This document shows, piece by piece, positions 45,653-55,577 of a stretch of 64,000 nt of DNA. Source of the stretch: an uncultured Verrucomicrobiae bacterium (lineage in GTDB: Bacteria; Verrucomicrobiota; Verrucomicrobiia; Chthoniobacterales; JAFAMB01); assembly GCA_963750185.1 (NCBI GenBank), contig CAVVPV010000014.1, forward strand, positions 128,521-192,520. Reading direction: 5' to 3'. The position numbers were made by a program, and so were the translations under genes. The stretch's first letter is position 1; every line of letters begins with the position of its first letter. A model generated the notes under the pieces. The model saw nothing but the letters and a program-made list of their open reading frames with translations. It did no database searches and was not told the DNA's origin.

Positions 45653-47461
45653 ATGAAATCATTCATTGGCTCCTTTTTCGGAGCACTCTTCGCCATCATT
45701 TTACTGATCGGATTTTGCGTGGTTGGCTTGATCGCGGCAATCGCCCTTTTAGGCGCATCAGAAAAAGGGACCGTGGTCCCGGCAGGCTCGTTGCTGGTTC
45801 TCGACCTCGCAGTGCCGATCCGGGATGCGCCGCCTGAATTTGACCCTTCTTATTTGCTTGCCGAATTGAACGACCAACAGCAGGAAGAGCGTGTCAGCTT
45901 GCGCGACGTTTTGCTGGCGCTCAACCGCGCCGCGAGCGACTCGAAAATTAAAGGAGTCTTTATCACCGGAAATATTCCGTTGGATCGCGGTTACGCGTCG
46001 AGTTTTCCCGCGTTACAAGAGATCCGCGAAGCGCTCATGAAATTCAAGGAATCCCACAAGCCGGTCTATTCCTATCTCCAGTTCCCGTTTACGTCGGGGT
46101 ATTACGTCGCGTCGGTGGCGGACCAAATATTTGTCGACCCTCAGGCCGAGTTTATTCTGCGCGGCCCATCCTTTACTTCGCTTTATTTCGCGGGCGCATT
46201 GAAGAAATTCGGGATCGGCGTGCAAGTATCACGGGTCGGCAAATATAAATCAGCGGTCGAACCGTTCATTCGTGACAATATGAGCCCGGAATCCCGGGAA
46301 CAAATTGAAAAGCTGTTCGCAGATGTTTGGGGTGCTGTCACGGCAGCGATTGAAAAATCTCGCGGTCTTCAGGCCGGCTCGTTGCAGCAACTCATCGATG
46401 CCAACGGCATCATCAACGCGGATGTGGCGGTTAAAAGCAAACTTGGGACAGAGGTCGCCTCGCTGTCGCAGATAATGGACCGGTTCAAAAAGCAATACGG
46501 AACAGACACGCAGCACGATACGTTTAACCAGGTCAGCGTTGCCGCCTACGAGGAGGCGGACCGGGACCGGAGCAAGTTGCCTGTTGCAGGGTCAAAGATC
46601 GGCATCGTTTATGCCGAGGGTGAAATCGTCGATGGCGAAGGCGCACTGACCAACGTCGGAGGCGACCGCTACGCGCGGGAGATCCGCAAGTTTCGGTTCG
46701 ATCCGAGCGTCAAAGCGATTGTGCTGCGCGTGAATAGCCCGGGCGGGAGCGCATTCGCGTCCGAACAGATTTACCGGGAATTGAAAGCAGCGGGAGAAAC
46801 GAAGCCGGTGGTCGTATCGATGGGAGGCTACGCAGCCTCCGGCGGCTATTACATCTCCGCGCCCGCAAACCATATCTTCGCCGAGCCGGTCACTATCACT
46901 GGCAGTATCGGAGTCTTCGACCTGTTGGTGAATTTTGAAAAGCTTGCCACCGACAACGGAATTACGACCGATTCTGTGATAACGACTGCGCCGCTGGCGA
47001 CATTGTTTGACCCTTTCAAACAGAAATCGGACGCAGATCTTGCCATTCTGCAAAGGGAGACCGACCGGTTTTACCAGGGTTTCCTCAGCCGAGTCGCGGA
47101 TGGACGCCATCTTTCTGTCGATCAAGTGAACGAAATCGCGCAGGGCCGAGTATGGTCCGGAACCGACGCCGTACGACTCAAATTGGCGGATGAGATCGGG
47201 GGCCTGGATTCGGCGATCGCGTACGCTGCGAAGACAGCGAATCTCGGCGAACATCCGTCCATCACAGAATATCCGAGCCGGAAAGATTTGAGCGACAAGC
47301 TAAAGGCGTTATTCAAATCGACCACTCGGCCGCCCGTGGCTGGTTTTGACCCTGTCGAACTTGGCGTTCAACAATTGGAGCACCAGCTCATCGACTTGCG
47401 ATCATTGAACGATCCGAACGGTATCTACGCGCGGTTCCCCAGCGATATCCTCTGGAACTGA
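45653..47461 (+). CDS. sppA: Signal peptide peptidase SppA, 67K type
   Basis: N-terminal TM and duplicated S49 domains. VNSPGGSAFASEQIYRELK and GGYAASGGYYISAPANHIFAEPVTITGSIGV. Confidence 0.9.
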   Translation: MKSFIGSFFGALFAIILLIGFCVVGLIAAIALLGASEKGTVVPAGSLLVLDLAVPIRDAPPEFDPSYLLAELNDQQQEERVSLRDVLLALNRAASDSKIKGVFITGNIPLDRGYASSFPALQEIREALMKFKESHKPVYSYLQFPFTSGYYVASVADQIFVDPQAEFILRGPSFTSLYFAGALKKFGIGVQVSRVGKYKSAVEPFIRDNMSPESREQIEKLFADVWGAVTAAIEKSRGLQAGSLQQLIDANGIINADVAVKSKLGTEVASLSQIMDRFKKQYGTDTQHDTFNQVSVAAYEEADRDRSKLPVAGSKIGIVYAEGEIVDGEGALTNVGGDRYAREIRKFRFDPSVKAIVLRVNSPGGSAFASEQIYRELKAAGETKPVVVSMGGYAASGGYYISAPANHIFAEPVTITGSIGVFDLLVNFEKLATDNGITTDSVITTAPLATLFDPFKQKSDADLAILQRETDRFYQGFLSRVADGRHLSVDQVNEIAQGRVWSGTDAVRLKLADEIGGLDSAIAYAAKTANLGEHPSITEYPSRKDLSDKLKALFKSTTRPPVAGFDPVELGVQQLEHQLIDLRSLNDPNGIYARFPSDILWN

Positions 47462-47551
47462 TCGCCTTGGACCGACGGAAGACATTTGACCGACAGGCAC
47501 TTTGGCGCATGACTATCCCAACTGCCAGACGCGCATGCGTGCGTACCTCCC

Positions 47552-48313
47552 CTACAAACTCGTGAACGGCCTTCCGCTGTAGTATTGCTGGAGCCGTTGT
47601 TCCATGCCGAGAAGTTGCCCCTTGCGATCGTCCGGACTTAGACGAGAGATCGCCAACTGCTGGTACTTCACTGCATCGGAATAATTCCCCGCGGACGCGC
47701 AGGCAGCCGCGAGTGTGTCGATCGAGAAAGCATTCTGCCAGTTGCTGAGCATGCACGCCTTCGTCGCGAGCGCGACCGCTCTGCGACTATCGCGCACATG
47801 GTCATCCTTTGCAGTTGCGAGAATCCAGGCCAAATCGTTGAGTGTGGAGGGGTTTGTCGGTTCGAGACGAACCGCCTGTTCGTACGATTTTCTCGCCTCG
47901 CCGTACCGGCCGTAATCCACGCAACTTCGCGCTTTGCTTTCGTACAGTTCGGCTAATAGACCCGGAGAAACGTTGCTTTTGCGTGCGAGATTGATGCTTG
48001 TGTCGATTTCTTTGAGCGCTTCGTTGCCGCGCTTTGCCAGCACCAAGACTGCGGACTTTAGAAAGTAGGACCGCCAGTTGTTCGGGTCGCTCGCAATCAC
48101 CTGGTCGATTAACGCCAGCGCCTCATTCACTTTGCCGGCTTCTGCCAGTTTGAAAGCACTCTCGAGTTGCGCTTGTCCAATTGTCATGCGCTGCTGCCAG
48201 ATTTCGCCCCATCCAGGCCGGCTTTGCGCCGAGCACAGATCGGCGCCGCCGAGGTAAATAGCGAAAACGAGAAAAACGGCCGACCAAAACGCCGATGACC
48301 GTGTATTATTCAT
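47552..48313 (-). CDS. TPR-repeat protein with signal peptide
   Basis: Signal-like SAFWSAVFLVFAIYLGGADLCSA followed by several TPR units (YGRYGEARKSYEQAVRLEPTN, AGNYSDAVKYQQLAISR). Start set to ATG 48313. Confidence 0.75.
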   Translation of the reverse strand: MNNTRSSAFWSAVFLVFAIYLGGADLCSAQSRPGWGEIWQQRMTIGQAQLESAFKLAEAGKVNEALALIDQVIASDPNNWRSYFLKSAVLVLAKRGNEALKEIDTSINLARKSNVSPGLLAELYESKARSCVDYGRYGEARKSYEQAVRLEPTNPSTLNDLAWILATAKDDHVRDSRRAVALATKACMLSNWQNAFSIDTLAAACASAGNYSDAVKYQQLAISRLSPDDRKGQLLGMEQRLQQYYSGRPFTSL

Positions 48314-48322
48314 GCCTGCACC

Positions 48323-49264
48323 ATGCAACAATTTTATAAAATCCTGATCTATACCCTGAGCTGCCTATTTTACGCTGCATATGGCGGTTTTCATAGCGCA
48401 AAGGCAAACGAGCCGGAAACGGCGGGAACTTCGCTGAGTCGAAGTACCGGAAACCACATGTTTGTTGCGGTCCGTGTAAACAATCGCCCGGCGTGGTTTG
48501 CCGTTGATACCGGCGCTGCACTGAGCATCGTCGACGCGAACAAAGCGAAGGCGCTTGGATTGGCGAAGGGTGCCGGCGTCATTCAGGTGCCAAGGCAAAT
48601 CGAGGTGAACAATCGGACTGTCCCGGTCGCAACGGTGGACAGTCTCTATGTCGGTATTGACAATCTCGGGTCGGGTCCGGTTGCCTTGATAGATCTCCGC
48701 GACTTTCGCGCTAAACTCCGAGAGTCGGGCCATGAGGTGACAATGGACGGTATCATCGGTCTGGACATCTTACAGCGCTATAACGCCATCATCGATTGTC
48801 GGAGTCAGAGGATCTATCTGCAAACCGGCGGTAGCAACGGACAGGAGATTATCAAACGAGCGAAAACGGGTCGTTACAATGCCGTCCCGATGCGAATCAC
48901 ACATTCCGGGGCACTTGAAGTGATCGGCCGGATCGGGCGTAACCGTTACAGCTTCGTGGTTGACACCGGCGGGTTTGCTACGCTGATCCCCACCGCTGTA
49001 GCCCGGCAAAACGGCATTCCGGTAATCCGGACAACCGTTAACGCAAAAGGGATTCACTCGAAGGAGCGTCCGGTCGGCGTGACCATTGCGCCGGAATTCG
49101 ATTTGGGCAACTACGCTCTCGGCCCGCAAATGATCGGGGTCACGAGTTTACCGGAAGGTCCGGAGGATTTGCAGTACCAATTCGGTGGTTTGGTTGGTGC
49201 CGATTTCTTTTTTGACCGCAGCGGCATTATCGATATCGGTCGTAAAACGCTCTACTTTAAATAG
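48323..49264 (+). CDS. Retropepsin-like (clan AA) aspartic protease, two-lobed
   Basis: Two DTG motifs (WFAVDTGAALSIV and SFVVDTGGFATLI). N-terminal signal peptide. Confidence 0.7.
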   Translation: MQQFYKILIYTLSCLFYAAYGGFHSAKANEPETAGTSLSRSTGNHMFVAVRVNNRPAWFAVDTGAALSIVDANKAKALGLAKGAGVIQVPRQIEVNNRTVPVATVDSLYVGIDNLGSGPVALIDLRDFRAKLRESGHEVTMDGIIGLDILQRYNAIIDCRSQRIYLQTGGSNGQEIIKRAKTGRYNAVPMRITHSGALEVIGRIGRNRYSFVVDTGGFATLIPTAVARQNGIPVIRTTVNAKGIHSKERPVGVTIAPEFDLGNYALGPQMIGVTSLPEGPEDLQYQFGGLVGADFFFDRSGIIDIGRKTLYFK

Positions 49265-49329
49265 AGACCGTCTGGCCCGCAAAAATCACGTCCGGCGACC
49301 GCCGGAATTGGAGTTTGGACATTTGGAAA

Positions 49330-49439
49330 GGGTCACTCCGCCGCGTGACCGTGTAGCGTCATGGTAGGGTCACGCTTCCGCGTGACCGTGTGGCGTCGTG
49401 GTAGGGTCACGCTCCCGCGTGACCGTGTGGCGATACCCC
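49330..49439 (+). repeat. Three tandem 37-bp hairpin-containing repeats
   Basis: Units GGGTCACGCTYCCGCGTGACCGTGTRGCGTCRTGGTA lie at 49330-49366, 49367-49403 and 49404-49439. Each contains GGTCACGC/GCGTGACC. Confidence 0.9.
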
Positions 49440-49641
49440 AAAAGCAGACTTGATCAACGTTGCCAGTCGATCTTTGGGAACCACGCGTTGACTTAATTGA
49501 AAATAATTTATTCATATTTTCAGCCTGTTTTGGGTACAACTCCTTCCCACAGCGAATCCGGGCGGGGTCTTGTAAAAAGGGCGTTCGACTGACCCTACCG
49601 AGGCCGGGTGTCCAAATCGGGGTTCTGATGGTAGGCCTTTT

Positions 49642-49699
49642 GGGGTATCGCAACACGGTCACGCAGGAGCGCGACCCTACCATCGTGGCACACCGCTAC
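49642..49699 (-). repeat. Inverted copy of the 37-bp repeat family
   Basis: The reverse complement reads ...GATGGTAGGGTCGCGCTCCTGCGTGACCGTGTTGCGATACCCC. Together with 49404-49445 it forms terminal inverted repeats around a ~200-bp AT-rich core. Confidence 0.85.
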
Positions 49700-49803
49700 G
49701 ACCAAGACGTGTGCAAACGAAGCGACGAGCTGATTGCCGGCTAGCGCTGCCAACTGAACTTACTGTAGTCAACTCCCAACCGTGGCGTTTACTATAGCCA
49801 GAC

Positions 49804-52098
49804 ATGGGCGAACTGGACCTCGTTCAAGACTTGGCAGTCGTAACGTTCTCTGCGGGAATTGGCGGTTTTCTGTGCCAGAAAATTGGCCTCTCCAGCATTG
49901 TCGGTTTTCTGTTGGCCGGACTTTTGATCGGACCGCATGACCCTCCGTTCTCGCTCGTGGCGCATGAGGATCGCGTCGAAGCTTTGTCCCAGCTCGGTTT
50001 GGTCTTTCTCATGTTCTCGATTGGCCTGGAACTCAGCCTCGGGAAACTTCGGAGGATGGGGACCGGCATTGTTCTCGCCGTCGCTCTCGGCGCTACCATT
50101 GTTTTTAATGTTGTCCGATCGATCTGCCCGTTCCTCGGAGTAAGCGCTTCGGAAAGTTTGTTCGTAGCTGGGATGCTTGTGGCGTCCAGCTCGGCGATCA
50201 TCGGCAAGATCCTTCCGGAGACCGGGCTAATCCACCAGCGAGCCGGCAACCTCGCGATGAGTATCACGGTCCTGGAGGACCTTGTCGCGGTGGTGGTCCT
50301 GACCTTCATTTCGTCGGTTGCACAGTTGCATAGAGGGGCGGAGGCGAACCTCGGGCGGATCATCGGTATTCTTCTGGTCTTTGTTACGGTTGTCGTGGTT
50401 GTCGGACTGTTGTTGCTCCCAAGGTCATTGCAACGATTGAACCGAGCCGGCACGGACCTGCTGACAATCACCGTCGCCGGACTCGTCCTGGGTATCGCTG
50501 TCCTAGCGGCGAAGACCGGTTATTCGCTGGCTTTGGGAGCGTTTTTGCTTGGAGCAATCGTGGCCGAAACACCGCAGCGCCCGACGGTTGAACGGTCGAT
50601 GCAGGGGATGCGCGACGTCTTTATTGCGGTCTTTTTCGTTTCGATCGGAATGCTGTTGAATCCCGCGCTTTTACTGAAGAACTGGTTGCTGATCTTGTCG
50701 CTCGGAACACTTGCGATCCTGGTGCGTACGTTTGCGATCAGCGCGTCACTGCTTGTCACCGGGACCTCGGATCGAGATGCTATTCGTGCCGGGCTGATGG
50801 TCACTCCGGTTGGTGAATTCGCATTCATTATCGCGCAGCTCGGAGTCTCTGCGGGGATGCTTTCCGCCGATTACTATCCGATCGCAGTTGGAGTTGCGTT
50901 GTTCACCGCTTTGGTCTCTCCGGTCATGATCCGGCATTCCGGCCCGATCAGTGATGGATGGCTTAAAATTCAGCCACCGTTTTTCTACAATCTGCTCGGG
51001 GCTTATCAGCAGTTCCTGAATTCGATTGGGGAACATCAACGCCGGAGCCGTGTCTCCGCGCTGGCCAAGCAAATCATTGTTCCGCTGGTGATCAGTGTCA
51101 CGTTCGCCGCAGCAATTCTGATTGTTGCACCGTTTCTCCTGGTGCGCTGGAATCGCCTGTTTCCGGCGGACTCAGGCTGGTGGCCTTTTCATCTCTTTTG
51201 GGCACTCATTGGCGTTGGCGCTGCGGCGCCGACCTTGGGGATCTGGCGGCGCGTGGCCGAATTTTTCAAAGGTGCCGTCGAGATTGCGTTCGGATCGCAG
51301 CACTCGGCCTTGCTTGTCTGTCTCGATCTGGCGGCGGCAGCGCTGCTCTTTTCGTTCATCTGGCTTTTAACGCCAATCATTGGGGCCTCGGTTTCATTCT
51401 TAGGAGCGATCCTCTGCACAGCGGTTGTGTACGCGCTCTTTTTCGGGCGGCGTCTTCAAATAGCGCAGCGCCGGATTGCCGCAGAACTCTCCGAGGCAAT
51501 CCTTTCGGCGGAAGAGCGACGAAAGCGGACACACGCGGAGTGGTTGAAGGACCATCAGGAATGGGACCTCAGCTTAAGCGAAATTCGTATCCCTGACTCG
51601 GAAGCGTGGTTCGGAAAGAGTCTTGGAGACCTCTCGCTTCGCAGCCAGTTCGGTTGCTCCGTGGTCGGCGTCGAGCGCCTTGGGTATCCAGTGCCAAGTT
51701 CCGGGCCGGACACGGAACTCTATCCTGGGGACGAAATATTGGTTTTGGGTACTGCGAACCAGATCCATCGGGTCAAAGCCTTCTTTGATTCAAGTCCGCC
51801 GCGAACTGAAACCGTTGATCTGCTGGACGAAATCAGGCTTGAATCGCTGGATGTGCCTGAAAACAGCCGTCTTGTCGGGAATGCGCTCGCAGAACTCGAA
51901 ATTCCCAGGCACACCGGAGTCCAAATCGTTGGTGTTGCTCGAGGCGGCCACAGGATGCTTTTCCCGGGCCCCTTCCAGGTTCTGGATGCCGGCGACTGGC
52001 TGCTGGTCGTCGGCACGCGCGATCAGATCCACCGATTCCGAGACTGGATCAAAGAGCGCCCGGGCGCAGCCGAGAGAAAATGGGAGCCCGGCATCTAG
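49804..52098 (+). CDS. Cation:proton antiporter (CPA2/Kef-type) with two C-terminal TrkA-C (RCK_C) domains
   Basis: About 13 TM helices of the Na+/H+ exchanger family. The C-terminal 200 aa contains two repeats of the TrkA-C pattern (LSEIRIPDSEAWFGKSLGDL...GDEILVLG, LESLDVPENSRLVGNALAEL...GDWLLVVG). Confidence 0.85.
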   Translation: MGELDLVQDLAVVTFSAGIGGFLCQKIGLSSIVGFLLAGLLIGPHDPPFSLVAHEDRVEALSQLGLVFLMFSIGLELSLGKLRRMGTGIVLAVALGATIVFNVVRSICPFLGVSASESLFVAGMLVASSSAIIGKILPETGLIHQRAGNLAMSITVLEDLVAVVVLTFISSVAQLHRGAEANLGRIIGILLVFVTVVVVVGLLLLPRSLQRLNRAGTDLLTITVAGLVLGIAVLAAKTGYSLALGAFLLGAIVAETPQRPTVERSMQGMRDVFIAVFFVSIGMLLNPALLLKNWLLILSLGTLAILVRTFAISASLLVTGTSDRDAIRAGLMVTPVGEFAFIIAQLGVSAGMLSADYYPIAVGVALFTALVSPVMIRHSGPISDGWLKIQPPFFYNLLGAYQQFLNSIGEHQRRSRVSALAKQIIVPLVISVTFAAAILIVAPFLLVRWNRLFPADSGWWPFHLFWALIGVGAAAPTLGIWRRVAEFFKGAVEIAFGSQHSALLVCLDLAAAALLFSFIWLLTPIIGASVSFLGAILCTAVVYALFFGRRLQIAQRRIAAELSEAILSAEERRKRTHAEWLKDHQEWDLSLSEIRIPDSEAWFGKSLGDLSLRSQFGCSVVGVERLGYPVPSSGPDTELYPGDEILVLGTANQIHRVKAFFDSSPPRTETVDLLDEIRLESLDVPENSRLVGNALAELEIPRHTGVQIVGVARGGHRMLFPGPFQVLDAGDWLLVVGTRDQIHRFRDWIKERPGAAERKWEPGI

Positions 52099-52190
52099 AT
52101 CCAGATTGCGGGTATTGTAGCGCAGGTTCCGTTCTCCCAGCCGACTCCGCCGCTCCTTAATTAAGCTTCGCAACGACGCGGTGCCGACAT

Positions 52191-54383
52191 TCACGCCTGC
52201 CGTCGAATACTATTGCGAAGCCTAAGCGAGTTCGCGATCACCGATACGCTGCTTAGCGACATCGCGACGCTCGCGATCATTGGGTTCAGTAGCAGGCCGA
52301 ACATCGGGTACAAAATTCCGGCTGCAACCGGGACTCCCAGGAAATTGTAAACGAAGGCAAATACCAGGTTTTCACGGATTTTCTTCATTGTCTCACGACT
52401 TAGAAGAATCGCGGAAACAAGCAGGTTGAGGTCTCCTTTCACAAGGGTTATACCGGCGCTCTCGATAGCGACTTCCGTTCCGGTTCCCATTGCGATGCCG
52501 ACATCGGCCGTTGCTAGCGCAGGCGCGTCATTGATGCCGTCTCCCGCCATGGCGACTTTCGCGCCATTGGCTTGCAGTTTGGCGATCTCTTTCTGCTTCT
52601 GTTCAGGAGAAACTTCGGCGATGACGTCATCGATCCCCGCAGCTTCTGCGATCGATCGCGCGGTCACTTTGTTGTCTCCCGTCAGCATGACGGAACGAAT
52701 TTTCAAGTCGTGCAAACGCTTGACGGCATCCGCCGAGTTCCGTTTGAGGGTGTCGGCGATTGCGATTAATCCTGCCGGCTGGTTGTCGATCAGAACCACG
52801 ACAGCTGTCTTTCCCTCTCGACGCCAGCGATTTGCGGCTGCGCTGGAAACGTTTTCCGGCGCCTCGTCGCTCAACGATTTGCCAACGTAGACTACACGCG
52901 AATTAACCTCGGCTCTCACGCCCGAACCGACCGTTGCCTCGAAGGCGGTCGCCTTCGGCAGAGCCTGATTGCCGGCCGCGCGCACGATCGCGCGTCCGAG
53001 GGGGTGTTCACTCAACGACTCCACGGCAGCAGCCAGTTGGAGCACCTCAGACTGCGAGAAGGGCTTGAACGCTACTGTCTCGACGACCTTCGGGTTACCC
53101 TCGGTCAAGGTGCCGGTTTTATCGAATGCGACGACACTGATTTTTTCCAGTTCCTCCAGTACTGCAGCGTCCCGGACCAGGATACCGAGTTGCGCGCCGC
53201 GTCCAACACCGACCATCACCGCCATCGGCGTTGCCAGTCCAAGTGCGCACGGGCACGCGATAATCAGCACCGCAACTGCGGCACTAAACGCGAACGACAA
53301 CCGTGGTTCAGGACCGAAAAGCAGCCAAGCGGCAAATGTGATGAGAGCGACCAGCAGAACTGCCGGGACGAACCATTCCGAGACTTTGTCCGCGATTCGC
53401 TGCACGGGAGCCTGGGACCGCTGGGCCTTTGCCACCAGATCGACAATTTGCGCGAGCAACGTTTCGCCTCCGACGCGTTCTGCGCGGAAGATAAAACTGC
53501 CGGAGCCGTTGACTGTACCGCCAATGACAGTGTCGCCTGCTCTCTTTGTGACCGGCATCGGTTCACCGGTGATCATCGCTTCATTCAGGTCCGAATTGCC
53601 CTCGAGCAAAATGCCGTCAACCGGCACTCGATCACCGGGCCGCACACGAAGAATGTCGCCGGCATGAACCTGCTCGAGTGGAATCTCTTCTTCTTTGTCC
53701 GCGACGACTCGCCGGGCGGTACGCGGTGAGAGTTCCAGCAACGAGCGAATCGCCAAGCCAGTCTTTGATCGAGCGCGCAGCTCCAGGACCTGGCCCAGCA
53801 ACGCCAAAACCGTGATGACGGCAGCCGCTTCAAAATAGCTGGTTGCTGCGTGAGACGTGTGACCCGTCGCGGGCACAATCAGCTGTAGAACGCTGAACAG
53901 ATACGCGGCGGTTGTTCCGAGAGAGATCAGCGTAAACATGTTTGGTGTCCGGTTGAGTACTGATTTCCAGGCCCTTTCCAGGAAGGGCCAGCCGGCCCAG
54001 AAGTAAACGGGTGTGCTTAATGCGAATTGGATCAGAAGATTGGCTCTTTCCCCGAGGGCGCCAATCAACCGATCGAGACCCGACACCATCTCGCCCATGG
54101 CGAGGACGAGAACGGGTAGCGCCAGGATCGCTCCTATCCAGAATCGGCGCGTCATATCTTTGAGCTCGCTCTGGTCATCCGGTCCCGCTGTTGGCGCGAT
54201 TGGCTCCAGCGCCATCCCGCAGATCGGGCAGCTGCCCGGTTTGTCAGAAATGATTTCCGGATGCATTGGGCAGGTGTATTTACCTGCGCTCGCCCGCTTT
54301 GCGGGCGGATCTGCCGGCGTGCGCGCGTGCTCCGTGCAGGAATGATGTTCGCTATTGGCGTGATTTTCTAGATGAGAATGCAT
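52191..54383 (-). CDS. copA: Copper-translocating P1B-type ATPase
   Basis: N-terminal YTCPMHPEI...CPICGMAL metal-binding module, TM CPC motif ([13 protein letters not shown]), DKTGTLT, GDGINDAPAL. Confidence 0.92.
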   Translation of the reverse strand: MHSHLENHANSEHHSCTEHARTPADPPAKRASAGKYTCPMHPEIISDKPGSCPICGMALEPIAPTAGPDDQSELKDMTRRFWIGAILALPVLVLAMGEMVSGLDRLIGALGERANLLIQFALSTPVYFWAGWPFLERAWKSVLNRTPNMFTLISLGTTAAYLFSVLQLIVPATGHTSHAATSYFEAAAVITVLALLGQVLELRARSKTGLAIRSLLELSPRTARRVVADKEEEIPLEQVHAGDILRVRPGDRVPVDGILLEGNSDLNEAMITGEPMPVTKRAGDTVIGGTVNGSGSFIFRAERVGGETLLAQIVDLVAKAQRSQAPVQRIADKVSEWFVPAVLLVALITFAAWLLFGPEPRLSFAFSAAVAVLIIACPCALGLATPMAVMVGVGRGAQLGILVRDAAVLEELEKISVVAFDKTGTLTEGNPKVVETVAFKPFSQSEVLQLAAAVESLSEHPLGRAIVRAAGNQALPKATAFEATVGSGVRAEVNSRVVYVGKSLSDEAPENVSSAAANRWRREGKTAVVVLIDNQPAGLIAIADTLKRNSADAVKRLHDLKIRSVMLTGDNKVTARSIAEAAGIDDVIAEVSPEQKQKEIAKLQANGAKVAMAGDGINDAPALATADVGIAMGTGTEVAIESAGITLVKGDLNLLVSAILLSRETMKKIRENLVFAFVYNFLGVPVAAGILYPMFGLLLNPMIASVAMSLSSVSVIANSLRLRNSIRRQA

Positions 54384-54396
54384 GGTAGCCCTCCCT

Positions 54397-54681
54397 TTAT
54401 TTCAAGAAACGTGAAAGAACGTTGCGAAGTTCATCTACCAATTCGGCCGGCTGCATCGGTTTGGCTTTGGGATGAGCGGAATCCCGGCCAATGACACAAG
54501 TTTGCAGGTGACTCGTGAGAAGTTCGACCCCGAGCGCGTCGAGCGCCGATCGAACAGCGGAAATCTGATTCAGGATATCAACACAGTATCGATCCTCTTC
54601 GATCATGCGTTGAATACCGGCGATCTGCCCGGCGACACGATTGGTCCTGCGCCGGATACTATCTTTCGTACTAACAAGCAT
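54397..54681 (-). CDS. csoR: CsoR/RcnR-family metal-sensing repressor
   Basis: RVAGQIAGIQRMIEEDRYCVDILNQISAVRSALDALGVELLTSHLQTCV contains the Cys...His...Cys ligand pattern. 94 aa, directly upstream of copA. Confidence 0.88.
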   Translation of the reverse strand: MLVSTKDSIRRRTNRVAGQIAGIQRMIEEDRYCVDILNQISAVRSALDALGVELLTSHLQTCVIGRDSAHPKAKPMQPAELVDELRNVLSRFLK

Positions 54682-54690
54682 GGCATATAC

Positions 54691-54709
54691 ATATACCCTG
54701 TATAGGTAT
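54691..54709. promoter_or_regulatory. Candidate CsoR operator
   Basis: ATATACCCTGTATAGGTAT is a pseudo-palindrome (ATACCC / AGGTAT) 10-28 nt upstream of the csoR start. It resembles the TACCC...GGGTA type of CsoR boxes but lacks the full G/C tracts. Confidence 0.4.
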
Positions 54710-54770
54710 TATGCAAGCGAGAGAATCGAATCCGCCCCGATAAACAGCTTCGCCGTTAATAGACCAATGC

Positions 54771-55577
54771 CTACCTGCCAGGAGGCGCCAGCATCACGGC
54801 AGCCTCCGCCGTCAGCGGCAGGAATGTGAAGCTTTCCTGCAGGTATAATCGGACGGCGGTTTCGGTATGGCTCAGGTAGCCGATGGAGATATCCTGGCCG
54901 ATGTGCAACTCAAAGTCTCCGCCACGGGTGGTGAGCACCACGCCTCCGGCGATGGCGGGGGCCCAAACGATCTCTTCGTCGACAAGAGCCTGGATGTGCT
55001 GCAGGACCGGGTACCCGTCATCGCTGGCTCCGCCGATGGCGGTGTACGACTCCGCGCCCAGCAGGAGAGCGTAGGGGCCGTTGACCCCGGCGAGGCGCAA
55101 TTGGCTCACGGCTTGCGCCACTGCACCCGGATAGCTTTTCACGTCGGCAGGGAGCGTCAACTCCGGGTTGCTGGTTAATTGACGAATGCCCTGTATCCCC
55201 GCGGACGCGTACCCCTCAAACACGGCGCGATCCTCGGCGAAGGCGATTTTGCGCGCCGCGTCTTTCAACGGTGACCAGTCTGAATCGTTCGCACCGCGTG
55301 CCACATCGTCAATCGCCTGGCGCGCCAGTTCGAACGGAACTCGCAGTTCGACAAGGCCCTTCACTTCGCGTAGCGCGGCCTGGATCCCATCGCCCGGTGT
55401 CTCGATCTGACTCAGATGACCGGTGCCGACCGCCGAAAATTCGAGGCTTTTCGGGCCCTGCACGTCGACAACGCGCCGCGCCGCCAAGTGGCGCTTGAGG
55501 GTGCGGGACGCCTCCTCCTCGATCTGGGCCCATGCCATGTCAGAGATCGGCGCGAGTTCCCGATAAAGATTATTCAT
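54771..55577 (-). CDS. Family 1 encapsulin shell protein (linocin M18-like)
   Basis: MNNLYRELAPISDMAWAQIEEEASRTLKRHLAARRVVDV...VWAPAIAGGVVLTTRGGDFELHIGQDISIGY is collinear with characterised T=1 encapsulins such as mycobacterial Cfp29. 268 aa. Confidence 0.92.
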   Translation of the reverse strand: MNNLYRELAPISDMAWAQIEEEASRTLKRHLAARRVVDVQGPKSLEFSAVGTGHLSQIETPGDGIQAALREVKGLVELRVPFELARQAIDDVARGANDSDWSPLKDAARKIAFAEDRAVFEGYASAGIQGIRQLTSNPELTLPADVKSYPGAVAQAVSQLRLAGVNGPYALLLGAESYTAIGGASDDGYPVLQHIQALVDEEIVWAPAIAGGVVLTTRGGDFELHIGQDISIGYLSHTETAVRLYLQESFTFLPLTAEAAVMLAPPGR

